Shown: in pieces, positions 12,001 through 20,878 of the stretch
Numbering within the stretch: the first letter of the stretch is position 1
How the letters are laid out: every line of letters begins with the position of its first letter
NCBI GenBank assembly: GCA_040285745.1
Contig: JAUFOR010000008.1
Coordinates: forward strand, 496,001 to 560,000
Direction: 5' to 3'
DNA: 64,000 bases
Source of the DNA: Barthelona sp. PCE
Taxonomy: Eukaryota
Program-made: the position numbers and the translations under genes
Notes under the pieces: generated by a model
Seen by the model: the letters and a program-made list of their open reading frames with translations, nothing else
Databases searched by the model: none
What the model was told of the DNA's origin: nothing

Positions 12001-15000
12001 ACAAGACGGAAACGAACACCGTTCTCAGTTGTGACCTCGACCTTGGGAGTCATGGAAGCAAAAGAGACCTTTGTCCATTCAGAAGTGATACCATCAATGA
12101 CGTAGTCACCGGTACCATCCTGAGTCATGTCAGAAGAGAAGGTATAAGGCTTGGAAACACCAGACTTCATCTCAATGTGACAGATCTCACCTTCAGTGTC
12201 GGGTTGGACAGAGAACTCGGTGGATCCAGAAGCGGGAACAAGGTAACCGAACTTCTTAATGACGGGGAGAGTAATACCATTAATACCCTGGACATTGTAG
12301 TCGCAGCAAGCGTCCTGACAGACGTCAGTAGCCATAAGGTGCTGCTTACAAACAAAAGGCAGAGCTGGCTTGATCTTGTAGTAATCAGTGACAGTGTGAG
12401 TGAAGGTCATATCAGCCTGAGTGACGTCATCTTCGGAAGAAGAATGAGGACCGTAGATGAGGAAACCAAACTTGGTGTCGGGAACATCCCTGCGATCAGA
12501 GGACTCAATGACGCACTCACGAGAGTTATCGCCTTCACAAGCAGCAAGAGAACCACCAAAGACATCAGTGCCCTGAGTGACAACAACAGTAGCTCCAGCA
12601 TTACCAAGAGCAACGGTGTTCTTGAGCTGAATCTTACCAGTCCAAGCCTGCTTCTTAACGTTGATAGTAGTGATAGTAGGATGGAAAAGATAAACGGGGT
12701 TGCCAGAGTTGAGCATCATGGTTGTAGCAGAAGTCATGTCTGTAACAGCAACGACAATAGCCATATCCTTGAATTCGTGCTTGGCGACATCACCAACAAA
12801 CCAACAGTAGGCGTTGGAGAGGGTGTCAGTCTTGATAGAGGGGTTGTAGAAAATCATATCCTTCCAGACAGTGGTATCCTTGCTCCATGAACCAATTTCA
12901 CGAGTCTTGATAGTGTCAGCATCACAAACAATGTTTTCAATATTGACACCATTGAAACGCATTCTAACAACACCGTTAACACCAACGTTAGCGGGCATAA
13001 GGAACTTATAAACCTTCTTGGAGGAAGTGGAAGAACCAGATGAAGCATCTGTACCAACCGTAACAGTCTCGTCAGCAATCTTACCTTCGAGGTCAACATT
13101 GATGGTAACCTCTTCATCAAAATCTTCGAAACCAGGGACAAAGACCATAGCGCCACCTTGTCCAGCAAGGAAAGGGTTGGCGTTAAACAATGTAGAATCA
13201 GATCTACTGATACCTAAGTTGTTAATAATGACACAGCCGTCAGAACAAGTACCAACAAGAGCGTTGAAAGCACCGGGGTATGCAACGGAACGCATCTGAG
13301 CAGTCTTTGTAGAAGTATCAGTAGCAATTTCCATCTTAGTGATGACAACATCAGCTTCCTTAGTAATGGTTAAAATGGGGATCTCACCGAACTTAACAGC
13401 GAATGAAGTGGAAGGAGTCTTTGCAGCAGTAGAGAGAGTAATGCTCTTGGCAACAGTCTTCATCTTCTTGATCTTGATAGCCATGTTCTTGGAACCCTTG
13501 AACATAAAGTAAATCTTGCTGTCAACAACAGCAGCAACGGGGATAATACCCTTCTTGCCAGAACCCATAAGGTTAGTACCGGAAGGAATACCATTGTAAG
13601 TGTAAACAGCACAACCGGTATCAGCATCATCACAAGTGAGCTCGAACCAAATGTACTCAGCATCAGCAAAGTCGGAGTAGATACCCTCATAAAGAGTAGC
13701 AACATCCTCATAACCAGCTGTGATGGTGTTATCACCCTCAGCGAGAGTAACCTGATCATCAGTCTTAAGCTCAACCTTGAAGGAAGCGCCAGATTCATGA
13801 CCAGTAAAATCAGTAACCTTGAAGTAAATCTTGGTTGTAGGGTCAACAAGGAAGTTAAGAGTAGAAACAGTACCCGAAGCACCAAAGATCCAACGATCAA
13901 CCTTATCCTTACTAATGGTGCGAGAGGCCAATGGAGTAGCATCGAAGTATGACTGGGTGGAATCAGCAAGATACATTGTGACGGTGGCAGCAGTCTTGAC
14001 AGTGGTCATCTGGAATCCGTAATACTTTTCGAAATCGTTCATAAGAGAACCATCGACAGTGTATTCAATCCAATAGACCTTGTCGGAATCGACAGAAACG
14101 GAAGAACCAAAGCTTCCAACCTCTTGCTCGGTCTCGGTGACCTTAATCTGAAGCTCCTTGGATTCAACAGTGTAGTTGGTCCTCCACTTGGTGGGAGTGA
14201 ACATAACACTAATGTAAACAGGTTGAGCGACAAGCATCTGCTTGATGCTGAAAGTGTGCTCAGTACCTGAAAAAGAAGCAAGGATAGGCTTGTCATAGTA
14301 GTTACCGTATGTAACAGCAACGACAAAGTCGGCAAGAGTAGTCTTTGTAGTATTCACTCTAATAGAGTAAGTAACTGAAGGACCAGTGGTAGGTGGGGTG
14401 AACTTATAAACGCGAATCTTATGATCAAGGTTCATGAGCTTGGTATCGACGTTGAGAGTCTCAGCGGCAATAGAATCATCAAGCTTAACAGCAAGGTTAA
14501 GGTAGTAGAACTGGGTGAAGCCAACGGTCATCTTGAAGTCAGTAGAAAGAACCTCAGCATGAGGAATGCTCATGGTAGCAAGGTAGACGGCACGAGCGTC
14601 ATCAGTCTCCTCAGCATCCTGGGGATAGAAAGTGACGGAACGGGTAGTCTGACCGAACATAACGTTAGCCTGAACAGTAGGGGGACGGAAATCATCGTTA
14701 CCAATAACAGCAACACCAGCAATGGGGGTGAGCTTCATCTGAACAATATGGTGCAACTTATCAGCGGGGAAAGTAGCTTGATAGTGAACAGCAGTTGTTG
14801 CCTCAAGGGAGACAGCATCGGAGAAGTCGCCAGCAAAAGTCTTGTAGGTCTTGGCCTCGGAGACAATCTCGTAATAGATCTCAATGGACTTGGAACCACT
14901 CAAGGTGAGGAACTTAATGTTCTCAGCAGCCTTGGCCTTGGTGAAGACATAAGTATACTGCTTGATAGCAGCACCAGTATCAATCAAGGCCTTCTTAGAA

Positions 15001-17699
15001 CAACAAGAAGAACCATAGTAACCATCCTTGGCAATATTAATAGTGAATGCCTCCTCTGACTGAACACGCAGCTTAAGGACTGAACCTTCAGGAACGTCAG
15101 AAACAACAGGGAGGTAAGCAAAGTGCTTGGATTCACCAGAAATGAAAGAAACGTGAACGGGATCAACACCAACAGCAACAGGGGTGTAAGTGTGACGCTC
15201 AACAGTAAGAGGGTAGTTGTCAGCAATGCTGAATGAACCAGCAACACTGTAATACAGAGTGGATTTAGAGATACGGGTACAGGGCTCCATAAGGTGAGCA
15301 GCAGCACCGCTGTATGAAAGAGTCCGAATCTGGAAAGAAGAAAGATCCTCGGTCTTGTGAGTAAGAGGATCAACGTTCTCAGAATAATAAAGAGTAGCAG
15401 AGGAATCGGCCTCAGAGTAAAGATAGAAGTAATCGTACTTCATGGTGTGAGCAGAGCCCTTACGGGAAGGGGTGATCTTGAAAGTACGAGCAAGGATATC
15501 AGTAAATCTCCAAGCAGCAGAAGAGCCCTCGCCAAGAGACTTGACGGGATGAGAGAAGTACTTATAAGAAAAGACGACTGGTGTGTTCAAAACTGATGTG
15601 CTGGTGACTTCCATTCTGAAGAAAACAATCTTATCAGAACGAGGGGTATCAGTGAAATCAATATCACGCATGTTGACAACAGTGATCATCTTGTTGTATT
15701 CGGACTTGTATGAAAACTTGTTGCCATCAACAAAATCGGTACAAAGATCGGTAATCCTACCCAAAATCTGATTGCTAGAGGCAGAGTTGGACTCGATCAC
15801 AATCTCCATATAAGTGTTGAGGTTCTCAGGGATTTCAATGGGAATATAAATAACACCATCCTCGTACTGATCTTCGTGGTTGAAGACCATCTTCTGATTA
15901 GGCTTAACCTTCTCAACAATGTTGGGTTTGCTTTCAGTCAAGCGAACTGAAGCAAATCCTCCAGCGGTAGTGGTACCACGGTAACCCATGATATCATCTG
16001 AAGAAAGCTTACAAGCAGGAACAAAGGATGTCATGCTTTCGAGATAAGAAGGTGTGTTTGCACATTGACGAATGTTTGTGGGAAGGAATTTGATACTGTT
16101 ACCGGCACCATTGTAGTTCACATAGTACTTAGAGTTAACATTAAGCTTAGAAGGCTTGATGATAAAAGGAATGGAAGAACCAGTGCCAACAAGCTCACCT
16201 TCAACGGGATCCTCAACGGTCAGCTCTTGAGGGACAACGCGGTGCAGACCAACGGTGATTTCCTTGGGGAACTGGAATCCACCCTTCTTGTCAAGGAGGG
16301 ACATCCAGTAAGTCTTGGAAGAAGACCAGAAACAAGGATCAAGAGGAAGAGACCACTTGGAGTCGGTGATGGTTTGAGAAATAATAACAGTGGGATCGGA
16401 ATAACAGGCAGTGACGGCATGGTTGCGCTCGGCAACGTTGCTGTCCTCACCGAGCCAGAACTTGATTTCAGGAGCTGAATCGGCAGAATAAATAGTAAGG
16501 AGATAAGTCTCGCCTTCAACCAAATCCTTAGGGCTGAAAGTCAAGTGCTTAATGATTCCTTGATCGAGCTTGAAGACCTTCTCCTCACCAATCTTAATCT
16601 TGGTTGCATCCTTGACCTCATCAACAACATAGAAATGTGTCTTGATGGAACAGGTAGCAGTGAACTTGATACGGAAGGCAATCTTCTTGTCAGTGGATGC
16701 ATAAGGGTAGTACTGACGCTCAGAGGTAAAGAAGTGGATACGATCTGTACCAACCATAAAGTCGGTAACAGCGGCCATATCACCACCAAATGTGTAAGCA
16801 CCGGCTGTTGAAACAGCAGCTTCAAAACCAGACTCGACAGAAGAGTGAAGGACAAAGTGGAAAGAAGAATCAGTAATTAAGGTGCCGGGGTTAACGGTAA
16901 CAATAACGACATCACCAGCGTTGGCAGAGATAGTCTTCTCCTCACCAGCAACAGTAATATCAACGACGGAACCAAACGAATGAGAGTACTTCTCCATCTT
17001 AATGTCGAATTTCTTATCAGAATCAACAGGGACGACGGAACGGTCCAAAACACCAATGATCTTAACAGTACCGGTGACGGCCTTGACGTAGTTCTCAAAG
17101 AAGTTGATGTTCTTGGAGGTTTCAGCAGCAAAAGTGGTAGCAGAATCAAAGAGCTTGACCCAACCGTTGGTGCCCTCAAGAATGTAAAAATCAATGGGGA
17201 AAGAAGTCATACCATCATCAGAAGTGAACTTGAAGCGACCCCAAAGCTCAGTGAACTTTGTGGCATCAGCAACACCAGTAACAATCTCAAACATGAAGGC
17301 TTGCTCCAGGTCGGAAGTAGATGAAGTAAGGGAAGCAGTAGGAACAGGTTTCTTAGTGAAATCAACCTGAATCTTACAATCGGTGGTAGTAGAAGCTTCG
17401 GGAAGGACAACAACATCAAAGCTGTTTCCAGCGAAGCTCATAGGCAACCAAATACGCTTGGTAGATCCAGCAGAAATAGTATAGTGGTAGGAATTGGGAC
17501 CAATAACAGGGGTGCTTGCTACAAGTGAAACCTTGAGCTGGCAGCTCGTCTCACTGAGAGACTCGATTTCGAGGTAGCCGAATTCTTCGCTGCCTAAAGC
17601 CTTAGTCTCAGTGTAGTACGTCTGACCTTTAACAGTCGTAGACGCGACAACGGCAGCTAACAATAGGCATAAGCACAGAATAAACTTACTCATACGCAT
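9051..17699 (-). CDS. Giant type I membrane/surface protein (~2,880 aa), beta-rich ectodomain
   Basis: Signal peptide MRMSKFILCLCLLLAAVVAS (ATG 17699 or 17693); single C-terminal TM LIFIILSVIVIIGGVVF; 9-aa tail EKRQQSKAE; strong codon bias. Confidence 0.88.
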   Translation of the reverse strand: MRMSKFILCLCLLLAAVVASTTVKGQTYYTETKALGSEEFGYLEIESLSETSCQLKVSLVASTPVIGPNSYHYTISAGSTKRIWLPMSFAGNSFDVVVLPEASTTTDCKIQVDFTKKPVPTASLTSSTSDLEQAFMFEIVTGVADATKFTELWGRFKFTSDDGMTSFPIDFYILEGTNGWVKLFDSATTFAAETSKNINFFENYVKAVTGTVKIIGVLDRSVVPVDSDKKFDIKMEKYSHSFGSVVDITVAGEEKTISANAGDVVIVTVNPGTLITDSSFHFVLHSSVESGFEAAVSTAGAYTFGGDMAAVTDFMVGTDRIHFFTSERQYYPYASTDKKIAFRIKFTATCSIKTHFYVVDEVKDATKIKIGEEKVFKLDQGIIKHLTFSPKDLVEGETYLLTIYSADSAPEIKFWLGEDSNVAERNHAVTACYSDPTVIISQTITDSKWSLPLDPCFWSSSKTYWMSLLDKKGGFQFPKEITVGLHRVVPQELTVEDPVEGELVGTGSSIPFIIKPSKLNVNSKYYVNYNGAGNSIKFLPTNIRQCANTPSYLESMTSFVPACKLSSDDIMGYRGTTTAGGFASVRLTESKPNIVEKVKPNQKMVFNHEDQYEDGVIYIPIEIPENLNTYMEIVIESNSASSNQILGRITDLCTDFVDGNKFSYKSEYNKMITVVNMRDIDFTDTPRSDKIVFFRMEVTSTSVLNTPVVFSYKYFSHPVKSLGEGSSAAWRFTDILARTFKITPSRKGSAHTMKYDYFYLYSEADSSATLYYSENVDPLTHKTEDLSSFQIRTLSYSGAAAHLMEPCTRISKSTLYYSVAGSFSIADNYPLTVERHTYTPVAVGVDPVHVSFISGESKHFAYLPVVSDVPEGSVLKLRVQSEEAFTINIAKDGYYGSSCCSKKALIDTGAAIKQYTYVFTKAKAAENIKFLTLSGSKSIEIYYEIVSEAKTYKTFAGDFSDAVSLEATTAVHYQATFPADKLHHIVQMKLTPIAGVAVIGNDDFRPPTVQANVMFGQTTRSVTFYPQDAEETDDARAVYLATMSIPHAEVLSTDFKMTVGFTQFYYLNLAVKLDDSIAAETLNVDTKLMNLDHKIRVYKFTPPTTGPSVTYSIRVNTTKTTLADFVVAVTYGNYYDKPILASFSGTEHTFSIKQMLVAQPVYISVMFTPTKWRTNYTVESKELQIKVTETEQEVGSFGSSVSVDSDKVYWIEYTVDGSLMNDFEKYYGFQMTTVKTAATVTMYLADSTQSYFDATPLASRTISKDKVDRWIFGASGTVSTLNFLVDPTTKIYFKVTDFTGHESGASFKVELKTDDQVTLAEGDNTITAGYEDVATLYEGIYSDFADAEYIWFELTCDDADTGCAVYTYNGIPSGTNLMGSGKKGIIPVAAVVDSKIYFMFKGSKNMAIKIKKMKTVAKSITLSTAAKTPSTSFAVKFGEIPILTITKEADVVITKMEIATDTSTKTAQMRSVAYPGAFNALVGTCSDGCVIINNLGISRSDSTLFNANPFLAGQGGAMVFVPGFEDFDEEVTINVDLEGKIADETVTVGTDASSGSSTSSKKVYKFLMPANVGVNGVVRMRFNGVNIENIVCDADTIKTREIGSWSKDTTVWKDMIFYNPSIKTDTLSNAYCWFVGDVAKHEFKDMAIVVAVTDMTSATTMMLNSGNPVYLFHPTITTINVKKQAWTGKIQLKNTVALGNAGATVVVTQGTDVFGGSLAACEGDNSRECVIESSDRRDVPDTKFGFLIYGPHSSSEDDVTQADMTFTHTVTDYYKIKPALPFVCKQHLMATDVCQDACCDYNVQGINGITLPVIKKFGYLVPASGSTEFSVQPDTEGEICHIEMKSGVSKPYTFSSDMTQDGTGDYVIDGITSEWTKVSFASMTPKVEVTTENGVRFRLVCGSTPATTCECPVDGCKVRHTVNERRGYGTEVIVHTSMSPFTAYENFPDSTKTTTFSNNGHIYTDLSVDYLKSSVSYWYFTMGFDESITFETTRVEALEEVVMNKRYTDTVVDQRKYTLTIPENPQDGYYIIEFENLSPEYAITFKMSGNPGTYPNLNLADELQILPKTKVLLPRTASTVHTVKGSIMQLSASKLSKYSFKITFVGFNDFKTLSRNTEHCMKSVKGHYFYKIDTSIDTETLSVYGAVRNIKVGSIKFASADYVESGLYMKHNMPSDTPASSALSSTYTGTYSKGNWILIHVDAQDKVKNNGEFCIGSTTTPFTLEIDATPIPNSEAVSVAGETFFSALKAHDLNPARDIKFSTLAEPVPYKLTVPAGVDGFKKFFGVHFESELSIEGSFYGKKADGTLIAASKIEFTVGTYKAYAFMNVSAGDELIFEVKSSDSSIYGTISQFIVDTSDIFATMTADTVAFRKAVSSLVNIYEIDVTSVAAGTHYLELSDYAEATLKMYDDHFRPIAPPSSSNAVVKSTTQLMPWNVARAHTDVSKIYVIATYTNRNTYNGLKYTVKPLTITPIVEATKKYPIDLTTTVQNMLFFSVDLSIFKNDAAKYLHFVEQNAATAIVDGVKSEFVINARNSFDIRGGFNSMKPLQFPALHPHEEKMYITLNFGGLGTTTRNIENVYFTIGKIASLPTTREAAVTVGGTDESHIYVFSTPSPAGMYIEARDIAITGDVIGFGVNKFGLIGNPYKDMKLRNAENLVILSAFDDIQNLWTEKDWNGDYVQPYGRTTFTLNHRAYAFSRKNLLVVVEMLPENAAVMTFKVDSMKLLSRDQISQSGCPQKSIFYGTTTTTEEAFYSIALEKVRASEAELAGSKTQFVDEKVHAALTTYHCDYFVPYYDSKGFTVRAPLSHAEEIIKNAPNLFDIETMTGEFSFPTKVPELQTVSEKVVVEVSTSTTLIFIILSVIVIIGGVVFEKRQQSKAE

Positions 17700-18743
17700 T
17701 TTCACAAAGAATGTAAAAGATAGCGAGTAAAAAGCGGAAAGCAAATTATGTTGTATAGTTAAAGATAAGCCATACGGTCCATAGGCTAGTTCACATAATA
17801 AACCCACTTTGCACCAAAGCCATTTAGTTGTATAAAGCTTTTATGCAGATATTTAGAACAATAGCTAAACTTAATCAAATGGAAGATTTTTCTACCACAA
17901 TGGAACATGGTACCGTGTAAGAATCACAAAATCATATACAAAAACTGAAATGTTGTCTCCCAAATACTGACTTGAATTTTTTATCATTTTACTTGGGTTA
18001 TCAACCTGTAAGTACCAATCAGGATCACAATAATAACAGATGAGAGGGTTGACAACATCTTATTTTGTCTATCTATTTCATTACAAGTTTTTGTAATGTA
18101 AGAAAATCCATTTTTGCATTTACTAACTTTATTTTTACACAAATAAGGTTTTCTTAAGGAATTTAGTCAGTTTTTTGGACAGCAAAAATCTGAAAACTTT
18201 TTTTGTGAAAGAATCTCACAAAATGTGCACTATTAAAATTGGAGTTTGAGCGTCTATTTGTCCGCGCCTTTACATTGATAGGAGCAATATAATATCTTTC
18301 TACAAACTTTGCATGTAGAAATTTCTTTTTCCAAATTGCTATGTGATCTTTGTTGAAATCAATTTTGCTTGGATTTTTTGCAAGTTGACGAGCATAAAGA
18401 TTTCAAAATGAAAATCGTTTCGTCTTTAAACTTGAACCGGCAACGGAACTTTTCTGCTATTTGTTTTTTTAAAAGATGAGAGCTGTTCAATGGATGTGCG
18501 TAAAATGAGCTACTCTTTTGAGTCAATGTTTCATACTGCTTTTCCTGCATAATTTCAGTTTTCAATGCAAACTTGCGCAGGTATACACAAATAGTTATAC
18601 TGAGTAAATTACTAAAATAAAGCATGTATAAATTGTTGTTTAACCATTTGCAAAAGAGGAAATTAAGATAAATAGGTAGTAACAACAATTACATCGTTTA
18701 CATACATATCACCTCTTCATCCGCAGCATTTCACACGATTGTG

Positions 18744-20414
18744 ATGAAAAATGTTGAAAGAAACTCGATTGAGGCACGATTGTTCGGGAAAAAGAAACAG
18801 CGGAAGAAATTGAAAAATGCTCCAGCACGTATGGACGGTTTAGAGATGACTCGTGTGCGACTCACAGCTCAAAACAGGATTTTGATGACCCAGCTGCAGG
18901 AAGAAAGAAGCCAAGACGTAAAGCCATTACAAAACATTTCGAATGAGATAAATCTTCGTAATGACCTCGAACAGGAGATTGTTGAGCTCAGACTGAAATA
19001 TGAGTCCATACTTGAAGAGAACAAACTGTTGGGGAACATCAAACAGAACCTGCAAAGACATGAAAGAGAACTTCACAAATCAATCATGAGCGGTGATACA
19101 GTAATGGATCATGAACACAGCCTGAAGGTGAACATCAACCATTTAGAGAACAGATTAGAGACGGTGAACCAAGCAATCAATGTTAACGAGAAGTTGCACA
19201 GGAATTTGGAACATGAGATAGGTATCAATATTAATGAATCAAAAGAATCTAATGAACGATTACATGATTTAGAAGTTGAGATCCAGGACATTAATATGAA
19301 GATACAAAAGTTAAATACATATATTCAAGAAAAATCATTAAGTATTCAAAATAGTCAAATGGAATTGGCAAGTTTAAGTTCCCAATTCGCTCGAGAAAAG
19401 AAGAATTTCCTAAATGAAATTAATGAATTGAAGCGATTAATTAATAGTGATATAAAATGGCAAGAAGTTCGAGTCAAGAGTTTTGGTAATATCAAAACTG
19501 ACAAAAGTGTCTTCAAAGATCTTAAATTCATTCTTGAGTGTTTACAGAGTAAGAATGACGGAACTGTATCAAGTGGACAGTTAAACACTAACCAATCGAA
19601 GGAGATGAATAATGAATTGGAAGATTTTGTAGTCAAGGTATTAAGTTCTGCAGATATTTCTACAACAACGTTAGAGTCCATGATTGAGCTCATTAAAAAT
19701 CTGATTGATCATAAGATCAACTATACACAGCTTAAAAATGAACTTTCTCAGTATAAAAAGGCTGCAACAACAGCTGATAGTATAACAGGTGTTAAGTTAG
19801 CTCATGTTGTAGAAACAAAACTTAATTATGCCAAAGATAACCTTGAACGTATTCAATTTAATATATTGAAAGGTAGAAATCTTACAAAGATTTTATACAA
19901 AAACTTACATAATTTAACAACTTTACTTAATCTAAAAAATATTGAATTTTTAGATTTCAATTATTTTGATCAAAATCAAGAGCTTGAGGATGAGATGGAT
20001 TCAGTTTCAAGAAATAGTATGTTGAGCATGCATAAATTCTCAAAGGAACGGTATAAAACAGAATTTTTCCTTAGAAAAAGATATGATTCTGTTAAGAAAC
20101 TCCTTGTTGGGATTGAAAATAATGTCACAAAGCTTTGTAATGCATCTTCAACAGAAGAAGATATTTTACTGCAAGGTGGCAAAGAAAAACGAAAGTTTTC
20201 CATAGAGATTACTGATAAAACAAAGAAAGGAAAGCTTATTCTTGCAGAAAAGTATCTGGATGATTATAAGCTGCGTAAGTTAAACACTAATTACAATCAG
20301 AGTAACATTGATGGTTCCATAATACCTGTACCAAGAAAACAAATCATCAATTCGACAATCAATAAGCTTAAGAAGAAGGAAAGAGACCTCATAAAGAAGA
20401 AAAAAGGATTGTGA
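18744..20414 (+). CDS. Long coiled-coil protein (possibly flagellar/axonemal)
   Basis: 556-aa ORF with extended heptad-rich E/K/N/Q/L composition; family not recognised. Confidence 0.7.
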   Translation: MKNVERNSIEARLFGKKKQRKKLKNAPARMDGLEMTRVRLTAQNRILMTQLQEERSQDVKPLQNISNEINLRNDLEQEIVELRLKYESILEENKLLGNIKQNLQRHERELHKSIMSGDTVMDHEHSLKVNINHLENRLETVNQAINVNEKLHRNLEHEIGININESKESNERLHDLEVEIQDINMKIQKLNTYIQEKSLSIQNSQMELASLSSQFAREKKNFLNEINELKRLINSDIKWQEVRVKSFGNIKTDKSVFKDLKFILECLQSKNDGTVSSGQLNTNQSKEMNNELEDFVVKVLSSADISTTTLESMIELIKNLIDHKINYTQLKNELSQYKKAATTADSITGVKLAHVVETKLNYAKDNLERIQFNILKGRNLTKILYKNLHNLTTLLNLKNIEFLDFNYFDQNQELEDEMDSVSRNSMLSMHKFSKERYKTEFFLRKRYDSVKKLLVGIENNVTKLCNASSTEEDILLQGGKEKRKFSIEITDKTKKGKLILAEKYLDDYKLRKLNTNYNQSNIDGSIIPVPRKQIINSTINKLKKKERDLIKKKKGL

Positions 20415-20417
20415 TAA

Positions 20418-20828
20418 TCATTCTAAAGCTTCTTTCAAATCTTCAATACCTTGTTGAATTTCTGCTTTTTTCGCTTTTTCTAGTTCAACTAGATTACTAC
20501 GCGCTTCAAGAAGTCGCAAGTTCTGGATATGGTCCTCGGTCTGCATGATAGATCCTCTTAGATCCAATAAAACATCATTAATATCAGTTAATCGTTGATC
20601 ATTCAACTCACTCTTTAATACACTGCTACTAGTCAATCGCAAAACACGGAGAAAGTTGCGGATATGCTCGTTCTTAACTGCCCTGATTCCCTCAAGTGGA
20701 TTTTCCTCGATTACTTTCTCAGAAAACCCTGAAACTTTTTTTTCTGGTAAAATCGCTGGTGCTTCATCAGGTACATCTTCGGGGATCTTCGGAAATAAAT
20801 CAAAACTGTTGAAAGCAGAGATATCCAT
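20418..20828 (-). CDS. MED7: Mediator subunit MED7-like
   Basis: NFLRVL…HIQNLRLLEARSNLVELEKAKK parallels Med7 NFLDLL…HHLINEYRPHQARETLR; Pro-containing N-terminus; 136 aa. Confidence 0.6.
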   Translation of the reverse strand: MDISAFNSFDLFPKIPEDVPDEAPAILPEKKVSGFSEKVIEENPLEGIRAVKNEHIRNFLRVLRLTSSSVLKSELNDQRLTDINDVLLDLRGSIMQTEDHIQNLRLLEARSNLVELEKAKKAEIQQGIEDLKEALE

Positions 20829-20878
20829 GTAATAAAAGAAGGAGAAAAAATGGCTACGACTTAACTATCCCTTTTCAC

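Noticed and set aside
11457-12890. 477-aa plus-strand ORF and many other antisense or alternative-frame ORFs over 9051-17699 and 43903-63442
   Set aside because: Shadows of strongly codon-biased sense genes; no motifs; they repeat with the 882-bp array.
17808-18740. Long AT-rich intergenic region with a 109-aa ORF and CTGCATAATTT (U1 Sm-site-like)
   Set aside because: The ORF has a non-ATG start and no coding character; no U1 5' motif upstream; probably divergent promoter or UTR sequence.
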